The position numbers were made by a program, and so were the translations under genes. A stretch of 36,312 nt of DNA from Fonticula alba ATCC 38817 (lineage: Eukaryota; Protista; Nucleariida). Each line of letters starts with the position of its first letter. Position 1 is the stretch's first letter. The stretch lies in the NCBI GenBank assembly GCA_000388065.2, contig KB932201.1; one strand, 5' to 3'. Positions 24,522 through 36,312 of the stretch are shown here, piece after piece. The notes below the pieces were generated by a model that saw only the letters and a list, made by a program, of their open reading frames with translations, ran no database searches and had not been told where the DNA came from.

Positions 24522-25475
24522 GTTGGCGGCTCGAGAGGAGGTGGACAAAAGGGAGGCACAGAGGGAGGGGGCAGGGCGGACATGCACAGTTGCCTGGTCG
24601 CGGGGCTGGGGGGCGCCCCTTCGATCGGGCGGCCGCGCCTGACCGCGAGGGGCCAAACGTGATCTCCCCTGCGGCTGGCTCCGTCGGCACACACCGGCGG
24701 AGTCACTGAGTTGTCAACAGATTCGTGTGTGTGTGTGTGTGTGTGTGTGTGTTGTCTATTATCCAGCCTCGCCGCCAGGAGGAGGGGCGATTGCGAGCCT
24801 CGCGCCGTTGGACTAGCAACATCCAGAAAACGGCGGAATGCTGGCCGGCTCGTCTGCTGCGGCCGGGCGATCGCACCCCCGCTGCAGGCACCGCTGGCGA
24901 CATATTGGAACGCCCCCGCTCGAGAGACCGTCCCTGGCCCCCCCCCCCACCGTACCCCCCCCCCCCTCTCCTCACCGGCCACCAGGAAGACCGACGAGGG
25001 CTGGAATGTGCCAACTCCCTTCGGTTGGAGGGCGACCCTGGGCTGGCTTCCGGGGCAGTAGGGGGTGCGCCCCTGGGGGCCGGTGGTGCCGCGGCTCCGA
25101 TTTCGTGGCCCAGGCGCCGGCTGCCTGGGAGCCTCTTCCCCCAAGGGGAGCAGCAATTCGCTCCCAGCGAGGAAGCCCCTGGCAGCTGGGGCAGAGGGGT
25201 ATTCCACACGGGCCCTACCCCTCGCTGTGCCGCCCTCTCCCTCTTTGTCGCCCCTGCCGAGGGGGCTGCCCGCTTGAGCAAGCAGTCCCCAGTATGGGGC
25301 CCGCACGATCGCGTGTCCCGAGGAAGGCCAAAAGCACCCGGGGCAGCTCTACAGGCACCCCAGGCCTCGGGCACATTTTCTTCCTTCCCCTTCTCCCCCC
25401 CCCCCCCCCCTCCCTACCCCCTCCCTCCGCTGAGCGACTTCCCGCGCGGCGTATCTTGCCCCCTTCTCCGCACCC

Positions 25476-28024
25476 ATGTCCCTCGATACTAGCTGCCCCA
25501 CTATCCTGGAGGCATACCATGCCGTCCGCAAGGGCGAGCAGGACTGGTTCGTACTTTGCTGCCCCTTCCTCCTGCTGGCACTCATGGCCCGGTTCTGACA
25601 CACTTCCCTGCTCGGGTCCCTTTCGGCGCTTTCTGTGCCCCCCCCCCCCCCTCCACGGCCGGCCGCCATTGCCAGGCTCGTCCTCGGCTACCAGGGCCAG
25701 CGTAACAAGATCTCTGCCCTCGGCACTGGCCGTGGGATCGATGCCTTTGTTGAGCAGCTCGGGGCCGAAGTGCGTGCACATGAGCTTCCCGCCCTCCTCC
25801 TCTCCCCTTCCCCGCCCCCCCCCCCCCCCCCCCCTGATGATCCCCCTGTCTCACGCGCCCCCACGTCGACTTCGCATTTTCGGCAGCTCATCACTTTTGG
25901 CTATGTCACGGCCCCCTCCACCCCAGGGAAGTATGTCATGGTCGGCCGCATCAGCGAGGAGGCTCGCGGCCTCCAGAAGTCCAAGGCCCGCACCCATCGT
26001 CACACCCTGACCGACCTGATGCCCGTTCGTGTAGCCCCCGGCTTCTGCCTTTTTTTTTCCACCCCTCCTTTGGCGCTCGGCGCCCATGCTGGCACACGCA
26101 CATGCCCACATGCCCACATGCTAACCCGTGCAAATCCCGGTGCCCTGTAGTTCTTCCACGCGGAGATGGACATCGATGACCCGCTGACCGTGTCCAAGGA
26201 CTCACTTGATGAGGCGGTGGAGAACTCCACCAAGCCGGCCCCGGCGCAGGACCTGGACGAGGAGGTCCTCGGTGGTGGTGGTGGCGCTGCCACCGTGGCG
26301 GCCCCTGCCCCGGAGGACACCCCGGCGCCGGTGGCTGCCGCCGAGCCGGCCACCGAGAAGCCGGTCGTCGCCGATGCCGCGCCGGCTGCCACCAAGGAGC
26401 CGGAGCCGGAGCCGGAGCCGACTCCTGCCGCTGCGGTGGCCCCGGCCGTCGAGGAGCCCACCACCCCGGCCGGTGTCACCATTGAGATCTTCCAGCCGGT
26501 GGCCGATGCCGAGGACGATTCCGAGGAGGCCCGGCTGGCCGCTCGTGTGCTGGCCCGGAACCAGCGCCGCGCGCGTCTGGCCGAGACCACGGCCGCCCTC
26601 ATTGGCGATGAGCCGGTCGTGGAGGAGGACAAGCCGGCCGTGTCCATCGACGTGGAGCCGGAGGCCGAGAAGACCCCGGTGGCCGCCGCGTCGCCGGACC
26701 TCCAGCCCGAGGCTGCGTCTCCCGTGCAGCAGCAGGAGCCCGAGTCCGAGGCGTCGGCCGCCGCCTCGCCCGTTGCCCAGGAGGAGGCGGCGGCCGTTGC
26801 CGCCACCGATGCCGAGGAGGAGGCCGCTGTCGCCGAGCAGCCCGCCGCCTCGGCCTCTGCTGATACCTCGGCCGAGGAGGCTGACAGCCACCCCTCCAGC
26901 CCGGCCGATGCCAAGACCCTGATTTTCTCCGACCCGGAGCTTGGCGATGTGGAGCTGACGGAGGAGCAGCTGGCCGAACTGATGGACGACCTGGGCCTCT
27001 ACGAGCCGCCGTCCGTGACCAAGGCCCCCAAGATGAATCTCACCGCGGAGGAGGCCGCCATGATGCACGGTGTGCGCAATGCGTCGGTCGATCGTGCTGC
27101 TGCTGCTGCTGCTGCTACTGCCGGGTCGTCGGCCTCCGCCGGCAGCCCGAAGCTGGCCGAGGCCCAGGCGGCCGCCGATGAGGCCACCACGGCTGCGCGT
27201 GCTGAGATCGATCGCATTGTCACCCTGGTGGAGCAGGACTCGCCGGACATCCGCGATCTGAACATGAACCACGCCGAGTGCGTCCTGCTTGTTGCTTTGG
27301 CCCCGGCGCTCCTCGTGTAGCACCCACAATGGTGCTGTGCTCTTTACTGACTCCCTCCCCCCCCCCCCCTCTCTCCCTCTCTTTTTGTACAGGCACATTG
27401 ACCAGGCTGTCATGGACCGTCTGGGCGCCGCGCTGGCCACCAACACCCGCGTGAAGACCATTTCCCTGTGCAATGTCAACCTGCGCTGCTCCATGGTCAA
27501 GCCTCTGGCCGAGGGTCTGGCCCTGAACAAGCATGCCGAGGTTCTCAACTTGGAGACCAATGCCATCGGTCCTGAGGGGCTGGAGCACATCGCGGCCATG
27601 CTGGCCGTCAATGAGAGCCTCACCGAGCTGCGCCTGGTCAACCAGCGCATTCCGAGCTCTCAGCGGGCGGGTGCGTCTCTTCTTCCCCAGGTCGCCCCCA
27701 GGGGCGCGAAGGGTGGCCATCGGGGGGGGGGGGGGGGATGTTTCCTTCCTCTTTTCCTGCATTCTTTTGGGCCTCCCTTTCCTGACCGCTCTGTCTCCCT
27801 CTGCCTCTGTCCTCTCGTCGACGCATCTCTGCGCTGGCCGGCGCTTCTGCCCCGCAGAGCGCTCCATGATCAAGGCCCTGGAGAACAACAAGTTCATCCA
27901 GCGCCTGGGCATGAACTTCCGCGACAACAACGCCCGTCAGACCTCGGACAAGTATGTCTTCCGGAACAAGGACCTGGCTCGTCAGCGCCGTGTTGCCGCG
28001 GCCAAGGCCGCCGCCGGCAACTAG
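25476..28024 (+). CDS. Actin-binding fusion protein: N-terminal coactosin/drebrin-type ADF-H domain, acidic low-complexity linker, C-terminal tropomodulin-type LRR domain (exons 25476-25546, 25676-25769, 25887-26024, 26151-27277, 27393-27670, 27858-28024; 624 aa)
   Basis: ADF-H part: ILEAYHAVRKGEQDWLVLGY...FGYV...KYVMVGRISEEARGLQKSKARTHRHTLTDLMPFFHAEMDI, resembling coactosin. Tmod part: DIRDLNMNHAEHI, LATNTRVKTISL, LNLETNAIGPEG, NESLTELRLVNQR, ALENNKFIQRLG, RNKDLARQRRV, resembling the tropomodulin/leiomodin LRR and C-terminal helix. The exon sum of 1875 nt is divisible by 3. Confidence 0.88.
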
Positions 28025-29240
28025 TGCGCGCAGGTGTCCTGTCTCTTTGTCTCTCCTCCCGCCCACAAATACACCTTCCCTCCGTGGGGAACGACGCACA
28101 TATGACAGGGGGAGAGAAAGCGCGCGGCGGTGCACATTTCTCCGCTCTCCTCCGTGTGACAAAAATGCAGAATCGTCAACAATGCATGCCCCCCTCGAAA
28201 AGGGAGGATGATGGACAGAGAGAATGTGTGAAAGCCGGACGTGGCGGGGGGGAGAGGGGGGCCCGTGCGGTGGCCAAAAAATAGGACAACAGGAAGGGAG
28301 AGTGCCGGCTCAAAAATGGTGCCCCCGCCCGCGAAGGCAGGTGGATGGCTGTGTGGAGGGGGGGGGGAGGCGGCGCGGACACCGATGACAAGACACACAC
28401 AACCAACTGGCCACGGCGAAAGGCATGGCAGAACAGGGAAGAGGAGGGGGGGGGGCGCGGAGAGGCCGCCGCGGCAGGGGACAGTCTGAGAGGGGGAAGT
28501 GCACAAACAAATGACATCGGGGGGGGGGGCTAACTATGTGTGCGGCGCTGTCTATTTTGGTTGTGGGTATGATATGGCTGGCGCCGCCAGGAGGGAGGGC
28601 GGCCTCCGCAGAGGGCTTCCTCCGTCCTGGCGCGATGCTCTTCTTGATGGGTTCCTTCTTTTTCGTGAATACATGGGGTCCATGCACATACGCGTGAGCG
28701 CGGCCGCACAAATGGGGCGCACACGGAGAATTCCCCGCGCGCGGGTGCCCCTCCCGAAGGAGGGGCGCGCGCACGCGGGGGAGGAGGAGGGCCTGGCGTG
28801 GGAGGAAAGGCGGCGCGCGTGCGAGCTCCGAAGAGAGCCAACACACACACCGTCCTCCCGCCCGCCCGGGCGCCGCTCCTCAAGAGGCGGACGCATGGCA
28901 CCGATGAGACGGGCTAGAAGGGAGCAGGGGAGGAATGTAAGTAAGAGGAAGGGGGGGAAGAAGGGCGGGCGAAGAGCAAGGGGGGAGAGGGAGGGCGGTG
29001 GCTCAAACTGAAACAATCAGTGAGTAACCGTTTTGTTTCAACAGCTGGGCCTTATAACACAGGCACATTCAGGCAAGTCTGATGAAGACATCTTCTTGTC
29101 CAGTCGAACACACGCGCACACTCGAGGTAGCAAGGGAAAAGGGGGGAGGGGAGGCGAAGGGAGGGACAGAGAAAAAAAACATACATCTCGTCAGGTGCGG
29201 CGTAACGAGGACATCCGGAGTCGCCGTCATCCAGACCCCC

Positions 29241-29247
29241 TTTTATA
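29241..29247 (-). promoter_or_regulatory. TATA-box-like TATAAAA on the minus strand, upstream of a candidate spliced transcript
   Basis: Exact TATAAAA in a GC-rich context, followed about 60 nt downstream by a GTATGT donor (29184) and a pyrimidine tract. Confidence 0.35.
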
Positions 29248-29564
29248 CCCGCAACATCCGGAACCAGCCTGCCCGCCCGCGCCCCCGCCCTGGACTTCGA
29301 GCCTGGAAAAGCCCGCTGTCCTTCTCGCCGGGCCCCCTCCCCACAGGCCGCCCCCCCCTCCCCCAGCCCCCAAGGAGCCTTTCCTTGACCTGACAGGCAC
29401 CGACAGGGGGGGGGGAAGTGGGTTGGGGCGCACCGGCCAATGGACTCGACCGAGGGTTCGGGTGCGCCCGCTTGTCGAGGGACCTCGAACGGCTTTTTGT
29501 CTAATATCTCGACCGCCCCGCCCCCTTCGTCAACCCTCAACTCAAACCGAGCCAAAGTGCGGGA

Positions 29565-29610
29565 TATAAAATAGTGGCATGCTGTGGGGACTCGGTTAAT
29601 AGTGGCATGC
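29565..29610 (+). promoter_or_regulatory. TATAAAA plus a 13-nt direct repeat AATAGTGGCATGC (29570-29582, 29598-29610) upstream of the orphan gene
   Basis: The motifs are seen directly; a regulatory role is inferred only from their position in an intergenic region about 450 nt before ATG 30037. Confidence 0.3.
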
Positions 29611-30036
29611 GCGCGTCCCGCGCGTGATCTCTTCATGGCGTGATCCACTCCCGATCGGACACTTTTCATTGTCGTCTCCGATCGCGCTCGCCTGCCCAAG
29701 TTGATTGGCAGCAGAAAGGGGGGCGGGGGGGGGGGGGGGGGGGGGCAGAAAAAATGGGGGTTGGCGGTTGTGTGTCCTGGCTGTCCAAAGCCACTTCTTC
29801 CCTCACACTGTCCCTTGTCTCGCCCCTCCACCCCCCGCCCCCGCCCCCGCCCCCTGCCTTTTTGTCCTCGCCCCCCATATCTAGCCGCCCGCCTGCCTGA
29901 CCCCCCTTGCGGCGTCCCTCCGGTACACAGGCGCGCCAGCGGCAGGCTCATCCTTCCCAGCTGCAGACGATACCATTGCTTGATAAAAGCCCACGTTCGT
30001 CGGGTCCTCGCCACGCGCTGCCTCTGAACGCCGGCC

Positions 30037-30931
30037 ATGTCAAGCGGCGCCGGCAGCACCACCCCCCCACTGGGCGCGACCCCCGGCGCATCGATCGAAG
30101 AAGAGTGGTCCTTTGTGCTGATCATTTCCGCCGGAGGCATTCGCTTCCAGCCGGTCCCCTTGCGCCCGACATCCGAGGCACCTGAATGGCCGCCCCGGGT
30201 GGGCGCGGCTGCCTCCTCGGACGCCTCGACCCCAACCTCGGCGGCGCCCCAGCACACTTCCTCGACCGGGGCCCTGCTCGACCGGAGCCCCGCCGTGCTG
30301 GGTCTCCTCCAGCAAGTAGCCCGTGCGGAGGCCCCCCCGATCGAAGCGCCGATGCGCCTTCTGATCCTCCTGGCTGCGGCCCCGGGATTTGCCGAGCGTC
30401 TGGAGGCCCTTGGCCTGCCGGCCTCCTCGATCCCCTCGCTCAGTGGGACCCCGGCTGCTGGTGGCGATTCGCTGGTTCGCACGGAGGACGGCCTGTTTTT
30501 CGCCCTGCGAGCCGAGGAAACCAGCCTCCTGTCCCAGCTGGTCGACATCCCCGGAGCCACCATGCTTCCAGCGCATGCCTGGCCTGGCGCCATGCTGTTC
30601 CTGTCTACCCAGAAGGCTGGCAGCGAGAGTGCGCACTTGCATGCATGCCTCCGCCGTGTGGGCTCTTCGACTTTCGCCCATGTCCCACTTTCCCTGCCCT
30701 CACTCACCCTCATCCCCCGGTGGCCACGCCCAAATGCATTCGGCACCCTTTCCGACAGCATGGTCCGCCCCTGAGCTGCCGGTCGCCCAGGTGGACTATG
30801 TCCATGCGTACCCGACCGAAGTGGAGTGCGCGCCGGCTGCTGGACAGGCAGCGCGCATGCCGGACTCGGCCGCCTCGTCGGGTGGCATTTTCTCCATGTT
30901 GGCCGACCTCGAGGCCGATCTTTCAAGCTGA
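30037..30931 (+). CDS. Hypothetical protein, no family recognised (exons 30037-30628, 30759-30931; 254 aa)
   Basis: GCC-ATG start context and codon usage like the neighbouring genes. One intron 30629-30758 (GTGCGC...GACAG) restores frame into TWSAPELPVAQVDYVHAYP...LEADLSS*. Confidence 0.6.
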
Positions 30932-31208
30932 ATCCCCCCCCCCTTCCCGTGCTCCGTGTATGTCGGGACACCTCCCCGCCCCCCTCCCCCTCCCCCTCCA
31001 CGGAAATACGCCTTGAGGCCAGGAATATGATTGTCATTCAAGGCCCGGCGTGTGTCCATTTGACAAGGCCCCGCGTGGACATGCGTGTGTGCGTGTGGGT
31101 GGGCGTGCTTTTATGTGTGCCTGTGGGTGGGTGTGGCTGCTTACATATGCACACTTTCTGTGAAGAAGCAGAAGAGATGCGGGCAAAAAAAAAGCGGCCA
31201 AGTGCACA

Positions 31209-32535
31209 CTAGTACGTCCCTTCCAAGACCTTCCCCCCGGCCCCGACACCGGGTCCGGGCCCGGTGGCGTTCAGCCGATCGCGCACGAGGAAGACAATCC
31301 GCCGAGCCGGCTCCAGGGGAACTACCCGCTGGCCGGCGCCCTCGGGCCAGACCGTCTCCTGGCCCGGGGTGACAGGCAAGATGGCGTGGGTATAGTCGTA
31401 ACGAAGTTTGTCGCTGTTTGATGGGGTTGTGTGTGTGTGCGTGTGCGTGTGTGTGTTTGCGCATGTTCGTGCACGCATGCGTGTGAGCAAGGAAAGCCAA
31501 AGGGAAAGTCCAAGCACTGGCAGGAGGGAGAAGGGCCATGGAGGAGGATGACCCGGCAGCTGGGAGAAGCGAAGGGAAGGGGGCCGGGAGAGGAAGAGGG
31601 CGGTCGTACCGCTGCATGTAGAAGGACCCCGGCGGGAGGAGGACATCCAGCACCCGACGCTCGGAGGGCTTCACGCTCTCGCGCGGCCGGGCATCGGTGT
31701 ACATCTGCTCGAAGCGCACCACGCGCCCGGACAACAGCGACACCCCGGCCACCAGGCGCCCGGAGGCCGAGAGATTGTCCACATGGGGCTGGATGTGCCC
31801 ATCGGCCCGGAGGTCCAAGGTGTGAAGCGGCAGGAAGTTGCCTTCCGCCATGTGGGCCAGGCTGTCCCCGGGAGCGAAAGACCGGACAATGGTCTGGTGC
31901 ATGATCCGTTCGATGCGCGCCAGTGCCTCAAGCTGACGATCGCGCTGCGATACATCCGGCCCGGGGGCCACATCGGCGTCACCCCGGTCCAAGCGCCGAC
32001 CGAGTGCCCGGACAATCGTTTCGCGATAGTGATGGATCACCGAGTCAAAGTGCGACCGAGAGTAGGAGGCCTGCTGCAGGCGGAGCAGCTCCCCGGCTGC
32101 CAGAAGGCCATCCAGGGCGACATCCCAGCCGACGAGGCCGCTGATCCCGCCCCCGGCCGTGGAACCGGCCGGAAGAGCCCCGAGGGCGCGCGTCGGGCCG
32201 AAGTGATCCTCCAGCCACCGGCCATCGGCCACCAGTGGCGGACTGGGGGACCGCCTGCCGGTGGCATCCGGCGTGTTTGACAGGAAGAGGTCCCGGATGG
32301 CAGGCAAGGTGGCCCGCACCAGAGCGCCCCCGCGCAGGAAGGCCCCCGGGTGGCATCCCTCAGCAAGCAGGGCGGCTCCAACATCGAACATGGCCAGGCC
32401 GTCGACCTCCACCGGGGCCAAGGCCTCCCGATTGTGGGCACTCACGGCCACGCTCGAAGAGACGGATCGACGGGTGGCCGAGGACAGAGCAAGGCCCAGC
32501 GTACGCGGTGCCAGGCCAATCGGGGCGCGGAGCAT
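31209..32535 (-). CDS. ALKBH7: Alpha-ketoglutarate/Fe(II)-dependent dioxygenase AlkB homologue 7, mitochondrial (exons 32535-31610, 31413-31209; 376 aa)
   Basis: YSRSHFDSVIHHYRE, LHTLDLRADGHIQPHVD (HxD), VAGVSLLS, LLPPGSFYMQR-DKLRYDYTHAI (distal His) and RRIVFLVR (2OG-binding Arg) match ALKBH7. The N-terminus is Arg/Ser-rich and presequence-like. Confidence 0.92.
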
Positions 32536-33213
32536 GGTGTCGGTGGAAAAGGAAGGGAGAGGATGGCTGACAGCCGGGAAACAGGAGGGCTCGGGGATCG
32601 GAGTGTGTATGTATGTGTGGGTGTGTATGCGCGTACGCCGTGTGTATGTGTGGGTGTGTATGCGTGCCGAAAGGTGCCCTCCACAAAAAATCTATATTAA
32701 AAAACGATGGTCCTGTGGGGTGCTCCTCTGGCGCCCAGCATGCCGGAGACTCTCGCCCTCCGACGGTGGCCTCCTTCCCGGGCGCAGGGCGGGTCCACGG
32801 CCACAGAGGAGGCGAGGGGCGGCCTGGTTCGTGAGATCGACGCCAGATCGCCCCTGTTGTGCCCCAGGCCCGGCGGCGGAAGGGGGGGGGGGGGCTCGTG
32901 TTGCTCACTTTCCGTGGCCTATGAAGCAGTCCCGTGGCGTTGGCACTTGGTGGGGCAAGTGCCACCTCTTCGCCGGGGGCGGCCGGGCCACATTGCCCGC
33001 GACCACGCCCCAAGGCACCCGAGGAAGGGATTCCCTTTTTGGCCCCCCGGGAGGCGGGGGACCGGGAGATCCCCGACCACCTCCCGTCGCCGCACGGTCC
33101 TCCTCCCTCCCCCCCCCCTCCCACCCCTCCCCCCTGCCCCCCTCACTACCTCTCTCCCTCTCCCTCTTTCCCCCTCCCTTCCGTTCTTTCTGCTTTTTTA
33201 GTTCCATCTCATC

Positions 33214-34379
33214 ATGTCTGGACCGCCTGAAGATCGCTGGTCTGGCTTCATCGCCGGGACGCCTCTTAATCGTGATGAGCGCGTGCCCATCTTCGGCGGC
33301 CCGCCGCGACGGGAGCCCGGCACCGAGGCCGACACCCCGCCGCAGGGGAAGCCCCAGGACTCCTACACCGGCCAAGACAAGAAGGACTACGAGACGTGCC
33401 TCTCGCGTGTTCGCTTCCTTGCCAACAGCTCGCATTCGAAGTTTTTGCTGCACTCTATCGCGGTACGCGCCCGCGAGTGCTTTCCCGCATGTGGTCCATG
33501 CATGGCTTTGCCGCCAGACGATGGGTTTTGGCCCTGCGCTAACAGGCTCCCCGCCTCTCTACGGCTTCCCTCCTTCCAGGACAAGGGCTGCGCCCTGGGC
33601 ATTGAGCACTTCATCTGCCAGCGTTGCCCGCCGGAGATCGCCGCCGGCTTCGACCCGGCCAGTGCGTTTCCCATGCCCATCCTTTCCTCTTGGCGATGCC
33701 TTTCGCCCACATTTCCACTAACACACATGCCAATGTGTGCATTGCCGGGCGCACCGCACCGCACCGCACCGCACCGCACCGCACCGCAGTGGGCATTTTG
33801 CTGTGCCAAAACAATCTTCGCAAGGCCGAACACTTCCGTGAAGCCATGAATCACCAGCTGGTGCATGCGTATGACCACTGCCGGGCGCAAATGGACTGGA
33901 CTGACTGCAAGTCGCATGCGTGCTCGGAAGTCCGCGCGGCGGCCCTCAGTGGGGATTGTCGCTTTGGCAACGAGCTTGCTCGGGGGAATCTCTTCAGCGG
34001 CTTCGCCGGCAAGTTCAAAGAGTGTGTTCGCCGGCGAGCGGTGCTCAGTGTCCGCGCCAATCCTGCCTGTGTGGGAGGGGATTTCGAGTCGACGGTGGCT
34101 GCTCGTCTTGCGGCTGCCGACGCGGCTGCAGCCAGCACCGGTGACGCCATCCCCCTGAGCATGCCGACGGCCGGTGCTGTGGCCGCCTTCGAGGCCAGCG
34201 AGGATGCCCGGACGGCGGCCGCCGCCGCTGCTGCTGCTGCTGCTGCTGCTACTGCCAACAGCTCGCCTGACAATGGTGCCGCTCCTCAGCCTGATCTGCG
34301 GGACCACGCGGAGCGCGCTGTGGATGCTGTGCTCGAGGTGTGCCTGGCCGATACCTCGCCATACATCATGCTCCCCTGA
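33214..34379 (+). CDS. ATP23: Mitochondrial inner membrane protease/chaperone ATP23 with a variant HQxxH zinc motif (exons 33214-33462, 33580-33661, 33790-34379; 306 aa)
   Basis: FICQRC, AGFDP, GILLCQN, HQLVHAYDHCR, HACSEVRAAALSGDC, FKECVRRRAVLSVRANPAC and AVDAVLEVCLADTSPY follow the conserved Cys pattern of Atp23/KUB3 (peptidase M76). Confidence 0.93.
33751..33785 (+). repeat. (GCACC)7 pentanucleotide repeat abutting the acceptor of ATP23 intron 2
   Basis: Read directly from the sequence; followed by GCAG, the acceptor at 33788-33789. Confidence 0.93.
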
Positions 34380-34589
34380 GCCGAGCAGGGCAGGGAGAGC
34401 TCGTCAGATCAGGAGAGGGCGGGCCTTTTCCTGCCTGTGCACCCCTGCTTCTTGCTTGACCCTGGGAATGCCTTGCGTGGGCATATTCATGCAGATTCCC
34501 CCCGCCCCCTCCCCTGGCTCTGCCCCATCGCACTTAGAAGAGTTTTATCTCGCCCAATATAGATGAACGTTGAACAGAGAACGAATTCA

Positions 34590-36296
<1,707 letters not shown>

Positions 36297-36312
36297 CTAA
36301 GCTCGGGGGGGG

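Noticed and set aside
29426-29469. 9-bp inverted repeat GGGCGCACC...GGTGCGCCC with a nearby GTTCG and T-run, as a possible tRNA or Pol III RNA
   Set aside because: No cloverleaf and no proper A/B box spacing could be built, and a 9-bp GC stem is unremarkable at this GC content.
1159-33579. Many introns with lengths divisible by three, several stop-free (HO 144, NTE 156 and 126, NIF3 93, ATP23 117), hinting at regulated intron retention
   Set aside because: 13 of the 33 gap-free introns are 3n against about 11 expected by chance. Lack of stops is expected in C-rich sequence.
20174-34379. Clustering of mitochondrial genes (GOT2, NIF3, ALKBH7, ATP23) as an operon-like metabolic cluster
   Set aside because: The orientations are mixed, unrelated genes are interspersed, and the four share no single pathway.

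Overview
This is eukaryotic, GC-rich, intron-rich genomic DNA from a draft assembly with five N gaps. It is not a prokaryotic accessory region, and I found no CRISPR array, mobile element, rRNA or tRNA. I reconstructed ten spliced protein-coding genes by hand from GT-AG sites, reading-frame continuity and remembered family motifs. In order they are: heme oxygenase (+), AP-1/AP-2 beta adaptin (+), NTE/PNPLA6-type patatin phospholipase with cNMP domains (+), mitochondrial-type aspartate aminotransferase (+), NIF3-like protein (-), a coactosin-type ADF-H / tropomodulin-LRR fusion (+), an orphan 254-aa protein (+), ALKBH7 (-), ATP23 (+), and the 3' part of an RNF13-like PA-TM-RING E3 ligase (-). 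The gene content and intron style suggest a unicellular opisthokont; my guess is Fonticula alba or a relative, which I cannot verify. The most notable observations: (1) one continuous exon fuses a coactosin-like ADF-H domain to a tropomodulin pointed-end-capping LRR domain; (2) Atp23 carries HQLVH instead of HExxH, a natural equivalent of the protease-dead, chaperone-only mutant, unless it is a base-call error; (3) the heme oxygenase has a large internal insertion with two Cys-Pro heme-regulatory-like motifs; (4) 30 of 35 inferred 5' splice sites have C at +4; (5) two intergenic regions look like unannotated spliced transcripts. All family calls rest on motif recall, not database searches.
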